A stretch of DNA of 64,000 bases from Chloroflexota bacterium (GTDB taxonomy: Bacteria; Chloroflexota; UBA11872): NCBI GenBank assembly GCA_011523785.1, contig WTFW01000128.1, positions 607 to 64,606 on the forward strand, read 5' to 3'. Positions 59,187 through 64,000 of this stretch are shown piece by piece. Positions within the stretch are counted from its first letter, which is position 1, and the number at the start of each line of letters is the position of its first letter. The position numbers and the translations under genes were made by a program. The notes beneath the pieces were generated by a model. It ran no database searches and had not been told where the DNA came from. It worked only from the letters and a program-made list of their open reading frames with translations.

Positions 59187-59420
59187 CTAGTGACACCCGC
59201 AGGAGCTTCCGCAGCCCCCGCCCCCGCCGTTCATGTATGCGTCATTCGCCGCCTGCGCCTGGCTCGCCGAAGCCCGCCCCACCATTGCCGGCGCAAAATA
59301 CACCTGCCGCACCCGGCTGCCGGCGCACGTTGTACAAACCACCGGGCTGTCGTCCGTCATCGACCGCCGCACGTCAAACACGTCCTCGCACGTCTCGCAC
59401 TCATACGTATACGCCGGCAT
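59187..59420 (-). CDS. FmdB-family zinc-ribbon protein
   Basis: MPAYTYECETCEDVFDV...CTTCAG double CxxC plus a Gly/Cys-rich tail. Confidence 0.7.
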   Translation of the reverse strand: MPAYTYECETCEDVFDVRRSMTDDSPVVCTTCAGSRVRQVYFAPAMVGRASASQAQAANDAYMNGGGGGCGSSCGCH

Positions 59421-59508
59421 CCGAAAGCCCCTTGCAGCCCGGTCTGTCGCGCCCGGATTCTATCCGCTGTCCGAGGCCCGCGTCCTAACATGACCCGGCG
59501 AACCTCCG

Positions 59509-60042
59509 TTGAGCACGTCCATGTCTCCTGACCTCACCTCCTTCATCCGCGACATCCCCGACTTCCCCAAGCCGGGCATCGTCTTCAAGGACATCACCCC
59601 GCTGCTCAAGGACCCCGCTGCCCTGGAGGCCGCCGTCCAGGCCCTTGCCGATCCGTATCGCGATGCCAATCTCTCCTCCGTCGCCGCCATCGAGTCCCGC
59701 GGGTTCATCTTCGCCGCTGCCGTTGCCCTTGAACTCGGTTGCGGCTTTGTTCCCCTGCGAAAACCCAACAAGCTGCCGGCCGAGACCACCTCGGCCACCT
59801 ACGAGCTTGAGTACGGCACCGACACCATCGAGGTCCACGTCGACGCCATCCACCCCGGCGACCGGGTGGCCATCATCGACGACGTGATTGCCACCGGCGG
59901 AACCGCCGCCGCTGCCGTGGAGTTGGTCGAGACCCTGGGCGGCAACCTGGTCGGCATCTCATTCCTCATCGACCTCGCCTTTCTCGGTGGCACGGCAAGG
60001 CTCGGCGACTACCCGAGCCACAGCGTCATCACCTACGACTAA
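59509..60042 (+). CDS. apt: Adenine phosphoribosyltransferase
   Basis: DFPKPGIVFKDITPLL and the PRPP-binding VAIIDDVIATGGT motif. Confidence 0.9.
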   Translation: MSTSMSPDLTSFIRDIPDFPKPGIVFKDITPLLKDPAALEAAVQALADPYRDANLSSVAAIESRGFIFAAAVALELGCGFVPLRKPNKLPAETTSATYELEYGTDTIEVHVDAIHPGDRVAIIDDVIATGGTAAAAVELVETLGGNLVGISFLIDLAFLGGTARLGDYPSHSVITYD

Positions 60043-60132
60043 CGCAGATCGACTGAAGACCCTTGCTGAACCTCGCGTCGCTCCAAGCGCCCAGCCGGCG
60101 CTCCCCGCCAGGCCCGGCGACGGCCTTTCCCG

Positions 60133-61227
60133 CTATAGAACCGGCAGCGGGTCCGGGCGCGCTGCGTTGAGCTTGGTGATTTCCGATGCGACCTGCCGGG
60201 CCGCCTCGAAATACGGTCCCGCCACGGGATCGTTTATCCCCCGCGACGCCACCGGCCGCCCGTTATCCGAGGCAATCCGTACTTCCGGATCCAGCGGAAT
60301 CTCGCCCAGGAACGGCACCCCCAGTTCCTCGGCCGCCTTCCGCGCCCCGCCGTGATCGAAAATCTCGAATCGCGCTCCCGTATCCGGGCTCACGAAGTAC
60401 GACATGTTCTCGATCACGCCCAGCACCGGCACGCGCAGCTTCTCGAACATTGCAATCCCGCGCCGCACGTCCTGTAGCGCTACTTCCTGCGGCGTGCTCA
60501 CGATCACCGCGCCTGAGAGCGGCAGCAGTTGTGACAACGACAGCGGCGCGTCGCCCGTCCCCGGCGGTAGATCCACGATCAGGTAGTCCAGCTCGCCCCA
60601 GGCCACGTCATGCAGCAGTTGCCGCAGCGCCTGGGCCACCATCGGGCCTCGCCAGATCACCGCCTGCCCGGGATCCGTCAGAAACCCCATCGACATCACC
60701 GGCACGCCAAACGCCGACAGCGGCTGAATCTTGTCGTTCTCCAGGATCGGCCGCCCGTCGATCCCCAGCATTCCCGGCACGTTCGGGCCGTAGATGTCGC
60801 CGTCCAGCAGCCCAACCTTCGCCCCAAGTTCACGCAGCGCCACCGTCAGGTTTACCGCCACCGTGGACTTGCCCACGCCCCCCTTGCCGCTCGCCACCGC
60901 CAGCGTGTTCTTCACGCCGGCCAACACATCGCCATCCTGGCCGAATCCCGTATTGGTCGAAACTTCGGCCGTCCAGGTGATCTCAACCGTGCTCGGCCAG
61001 CCAAGTCCGGCAATCGCTTCTCGCACGTCGCGCTCGATGGTTTCGCGGTGAGGTGACGCCGGCGACGTCAGCACCACCGTCAACCACACGTCATCGCTGT
61101 CAACTCGCACGTCCCGAACCAGCCGCGCCGCCACCAGCCCGCGCTGCAAGTCCGGCTCCATCACGCGCGCCAACGCCTGCGTGATTTCGGCGGTCCGATC
61201 CCCGGGCGCCTGCGGTAGCGAAGTCAT
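60133..61227 (-). CDS. apbC: Mrp/NBP35-family Fe-S cluster carrier ATPase with an N-terminal DUF59
   Basis: AVASGKGGVGKSTVAVNL and the CxxC region, 364 aa. Confidence 0.9.
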   Translation of the reverse strand: MTSLPQAPGDRTAEITQALARVMEPDLQRGLVAARLVRDVRVDSDDVWLTVVLTSPASPHRETIERDVREAIAGLGWPSTVEITWTAEVSTNTGFGQDGDVLAGVKNTLAVASGKGGVGKSTVAVNLTVALRELGAKVGLLDGDIYGPNVPGMLGIDGRPILENDKIQPLSAFGVPVMSMGFLTDPGQAVIWRGPMVAQALRQLLHDVAWGELDYLIVDLPPGTGDAPLSLSQLLPLSGAVIVSTPQEVALQDVRRGIAMFEKLRVPVLGVIENMSYFVSPDTGARFEIFDHGGARKAAEELGVPFLGEIPLDPEVRIASDNGRPVASRGINDPVAGPYFEAARQVASEITKLNAARPDPLPVL

Positions 61228-61344
61228 GGCAAAGCTGGGTGTCGAGTAGGTATCCGGCGCCGCTCATCCCGCGCGCCGTCCTTGCCCCCAAGGCTAGCAC
61301 CGCCCCCAACTACACTGCTCCCAGCAATCTCGGGGACTACTCGT

Positions 61345-62367
61345 GTGAACAAGACTGCCGTCATCGGCTCCGGTAGCTGGGGTACGACCCTGGCTGTTCT
61401 GGTCGCCGAAGCTCACGGCAACTGCGCCCTCTGGGTCCACGAACCCTTCGACGCCCACGAAATGGCCGCGCGACGCGAAAACGTCCGCTTCCTCCCCGGC
61501 GTGACTCTGCCCGACACCCTTCACATCGACGACGACCCCGCTGCCGTCCTTTGCGGGGCCAATCTTGTTCTCATTACCGTCCCGATGCGGCGGCTCCGCG
61601 AAAACTGGGATGCCGCCGCACACCTCATCGAACCGCACGCCGCCATCGTCAGCGGCATCAAGGGCCTCGACCCCGCCACCGGCCGCCGCGTGAGTGAGTT
61701 CTTGGCTGATTGGGTCGGCGACGAGATCTTCGACCGGCTGGCCGTCTTGTCCGGACCCAATCTCGCCCGCGAAATCGCCGCCGGCGAACCCGCCACTGCC
61801 GTCATCGCCGCGCGCGTGCCCGACCTCGCCCGCACCGTTCAGCAACGCCTCAGCGCCCCGACTTTCCGCACCTACGTCAGCGACGACATCATCGGCATCG
61901 AACTCGCCGGTGCCATCAAGAACGTCATCGCGATCGGCGCCGGCGTGGCCGACGGCCTGCGCTTCGGCGACAACGCCAAGGCCGCCCTCATGACCCGCGG
62001 CCTCGCCGAAATGACCCGCCTGGGTCTCACCGCCGGCGCCGACGCCCTCACCTTCGCCGGCCTCGCAGGCATGGGCGACCTCATCGCCACCTGCGCCAGT
62101 CCTCACTCCCGTAATCACTACGTCGGCCAGGAGCTCGCCGCCGGACGCACGCTCGACGATATTCAGTCGCGCATGGTCATGGTCGCCGAAGGCGTGGAAA
62201 CCTCCCGCGGCGCCCTCGCCTTGGCCCGGCGTCTCGGCGTCGAAATGCCAATCGTCGAACTCATCAACCGGGCCCTCTTCGATGGACTCCCCGTCGCCGA
62301 AGCCGGCCAGGTCCTCATGGCTCGCGAGCTCAGCCACGAACTCCGCGGTCTCCGCCGCGATGACTAA
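61345..62367 (+). CDS. gpsA: NAD(P)H-dependent glycerol-3-phosphate dehydrogenase
   Basis: KTAVIGSGSWGTTLA Rossmann motif. Start chosen at the GTG (VNKTAV); the track ORF begins at a TTG at 61282 with a Pro-rich extension. Confidence 0.85.
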   Translation: MNKTAVIGSGSWGTTLAVLVAEAHGNCALWVHEPFDAHEMAARRENVRFLPGVTLPDTLHIDDDPAAVLCGANLVLITVPMRRLRENWDAAAHLIEPHAAIVSGIKGLDPATGRRVSEFLADWVGDEIFDRLAVLSGPNLAREIAAGEPATAVIAARVPDLARTVQQRLSAPTFRTYVSDDIIGIELAGAIKNVIAIGAGVADGLRFGDNAKAALMTRGLAEMTRLGLTAGADALTFAGLAGMGDLIATCASPHSRNHYVGQELAAGRTLDDIQSRMVMVAEGVETSRGALALARRLGVEMPIVELINRALFDGLPVAEAGQVLMARELSHELRGLRRDD

Positions 62368-62594
62368 GCGCCGCTTACTCGCGAGTTTGGAAGTCCGCCC
62401 CGCCTCGTTCGCAGCCCGACGACGCCTGTCAGCATCCATTGGAGGGCGATGACGTGATGTACCCTCGCACTGGGACAGACCCGCCACGCGGCGCGGCGGA
62501 CGCTGGCACTGGGCCCAACAAGAACGCGTCTGTGTCCCTATCCAGACTCTTCGGGCGCGTCTCAAGGCTGCCTTGCGGCCAGGGGACAAGTCAC

Positions 62595-62972
62595 ATGGGC
62601 GCAACCTACGTCACCGCAACCGTTCGCAACCCTGCTGAGCCGCATCGAAGCTGGCAACGGCTCTTCCTGGTCTACACCGGCGCTACTGACTCCCTCGTCC
62701 CCCGTACCTGCCTGGAAGCCATCGGCCTTCAGCCCAAGGGTCAGCGCACCTATGACCTGGCAGACGGCAGTGAAATGTCAATGGACATCACTGTCGGCCA
62801 AATCGAGCTTATGGGCGAGATCGTCGGAGCCACCATTGTCATTGGCGATGCCGACGCCGAACCCCTGCTCGGCCTGACCGCCCTCCAATCCGTCGGCATC
62901 GAGGTCGACCCGCGCATCCAGCAACTCAAGCGCCTCCCCAGCGTCCGCCTCAAACACCTCGCAGCCGCCTGA
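62595..62972 (+). CDS. Retropepsin-like (clan AA) aspartic-protease-family protein with the catalytic Asp replaced by Tyr
   Basis: LVYTGATDSLVP aligns with the DTGA(T/S) motif. AGGGGA ribosome-binding site before the ATG at 62595. The track ORF begins at 62439. Confidence 0.5.
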   Translation: MGATYVTATVRNPAEPHRSWQRLFLVYTGATDSLVPRTCLEAIGLQPKGQRTYDLADGSEMSMDITVGQIELMGEIVGATIVIGDADAEPLLGLTALQSVGIEVDPRIQQLKRLPSVRLKHLAAA

Positions 62973-63223
62973 CCGGAACCGTCGCCAATTGTGGCGAGCC
63001 AGTCCAGAGTCCTCGGCGGGCCTTCCTTGAGCCTGCCCGAGGTGCCGTATCACACATCAGCCCGGCAGCACCCACCCCACGAGGACAGTCCTCCTCGCAT
63101 CCCGTTCCCCGCTCGCCTCCTGCCAACCGGCTCCTCTTCGCTCACTCCTCGCTTCCTGCACTTGTCCCAACCTGGGTCCACACGCCACAATCAGGCGGCC
63201 GCAGCCGGGAGGAGACGACAACC

Positions 63224-63664
63224 GTGGGTACCACCGCTTGCACCAGTTGCGGCCGCCACTTCAGCGCACGCGCCCCTGCCTGTCCCCACTGCGGGTTCGA
63301 CCCCTACGAAGACCGTCGCGAAGGACGGGTCGAGGACTACGAATTCGACCGCGTCGCGCGCCGCGTCAAGGCCGTCCTCTACGTCATCTTCCTGCCCGTA
63401 GTCGGCCTTCTTGGCCTCTTTCTCGTCGGCGCCCTCGGCATGCTGCCCTTCTTCTTCGCGGCCGCCCTGTCCAGCGGCGCCACTGGCGACGGCCCCGTCG
63501 AGCTCATGCGCGGCCTCACCGGCTTCGTCTTTGCTTGGCCCGGCTACCTCATCACCGTCCTCTTCACCCTTATCGGCCTCTACCGCCGATTCCAGCGCGT
63601 CAAAGACCTCACCCACCGCCTCTTCCGCCCCATCGCCCAACTCCTCCGCCGCGGCTCCGCCTGA
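63224..63664 (+). CDS. Zinc-ribbon-containing small membrane protein (hypothetical)
   Basis: N-terminal CTSC...x12...CPHCG ribbon followed by 3-4 TM helices. GGGAGGAG ribosome-binding site upstream of the GTG start. Confidence 0.45.
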   Translation: MGTTACTSCGRHFSARAPACPHCGFDPYEDRREGRVEDYEFDRVARRVKAVLYVIFLPVVGLLGLFLVGALGMLPFFFAAALSSGATGDGPVELMRGLTGFVFAWPGYLITVLFTLIGLYRRFQRVKDLTHRLFRPIAQLLRRGSA

Positions 63665-63904
63665 CCAGGCGCCGCCACCGATCCTCTTCGCTCACTTCTC
63701 TTCACTCTCGCTCCGCCTTCATGCATAATGCAGCCATACCGGACATCGGCGTTGGGCCGAGCATTCCGAAACGCTGAGGGGGTGATACATATGGGTGATG
63801 CTAGTCGTGGCTTTTCGAGCGCTGCCGTATGTGAGGTGAGCGCCGGGTAACGTCGCGTGACACCCGGGTACGGCCTAGCCGCGCCCGAACTAGCCGCGAA
63901 CAAA

Positions 63905-63933
63905 CGAGCGGTCCACTCGGTGGACCGCTCGTA
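63905..63933. terminator. Perfect 13-bp-stem hairpin; a possible terminator for a convergent minus-strand gene beyond the window
   Basis: ACGAGCGGTCCAC-tcg-GTGGACCGCTCGT. The minus-strand reading is followed by UUUGUUCG, a weak U-tract. The plus strand has no U-tract. Confidence 0.4.
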
Positions 63934-64000
63934 AACTTTAAGCAGACTAAGTCTCAGCTTCGCAGCTGAAACACCGCCTCGATCTCACAGGGAATGTCCA

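Noticed and set aside
1-64000. CRISPR arrays, insertion-sequence elements, integrases, transposases and rRNA genes.
   Set aside because: No short regularly spaced direct repeats and no transposase or integrase-like ORFs. The only repeats found are the 30-bp pair at 47.7 and 48.9 kb and the intragenic LRR repeats.

Overview
This 64 kb window is a gene-dense, high-GC (roughly two-thirds G+C by eye) bacterial chromosomal segment with no rRNA, tRNA, CRISPR array or intact mobile element that I could see. Frequent GTG/TTG starts, 4-bp ATGA/GTGA overlaps and a T-box leader suggest a Chloroflexota-, Actinomycetota- or Firmicute-like lineage, but I cannot be sure. All coordinates follow the supplied ORF track. 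My own base counting may be off by 1 nt in places, and start codons were refined by motif position and ribosome-binding sites. Main features, start to end: (1) an aminotransferase followed by two tandem Ldh_2-family dehydrogenases, then Hsp20, a DksA/TraR-type zinc finger, a threonine-synthase-like enzyme with an N-terminal C4 zinc ribbon, and a cupin. (2) A minus-strand GDP-6-deoxyhexose operon (gmd, an Rmd-like reductase, phosphomannomutase, a small mannose-6-phosphate-isomerase-like cupin) beside a 12-TM flippase-like membrane protein. (3) A nine-gene minus-strand branched-chain amino acid super-operon, ilvB-ilvN-ilvC-leuA-leuC-leuD-leuB-cimA, preceded by a clear T-box riboswitch with an intrinsic terminator. 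(4) A 3'-5' exonuclease, RidA and a HemL-like aminotransferase; a hicB-hicA toxin-antitoxin pair; holA and rpsT. (5) A YchF/Ola1 homologue whose GTPase motifs are all degenerate. (6) pyrD, then a ParA-like ATPase translationally coupled to the canonical ftsZ, lying outside any dcw (division-and-cell-wall) cluster, then a GAF-GAF histidine kinase. (7) hemB, then a secreted plant-type leucine-rich-repeat protein with two duplicated modules, then hemD-cobA-hemC fused to the sulfate assimilation operon sat-cysC-cysH-sir. (8) A GNAT gene, a frameshifted SAM methyltransferase and a chimeric HigA-like remnant bounded by a 30-bp direct repeat. (9) An M32 carboxypeptidase, surE, an SDR, thrS, obg, a PIG-L deacetylase, a DinG-like helicase, apt, mrp/apbC, gpsA, a retropepsin-like protein and small zinc-ribbon proteins. 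The most unusual items are the degenerate YchF, the parA-ftsZ coupling, the LRR protein inside the heme cluster, the putative cysteate/sulfolactate-like gene set, and the repeat-bounded pseudogene region.
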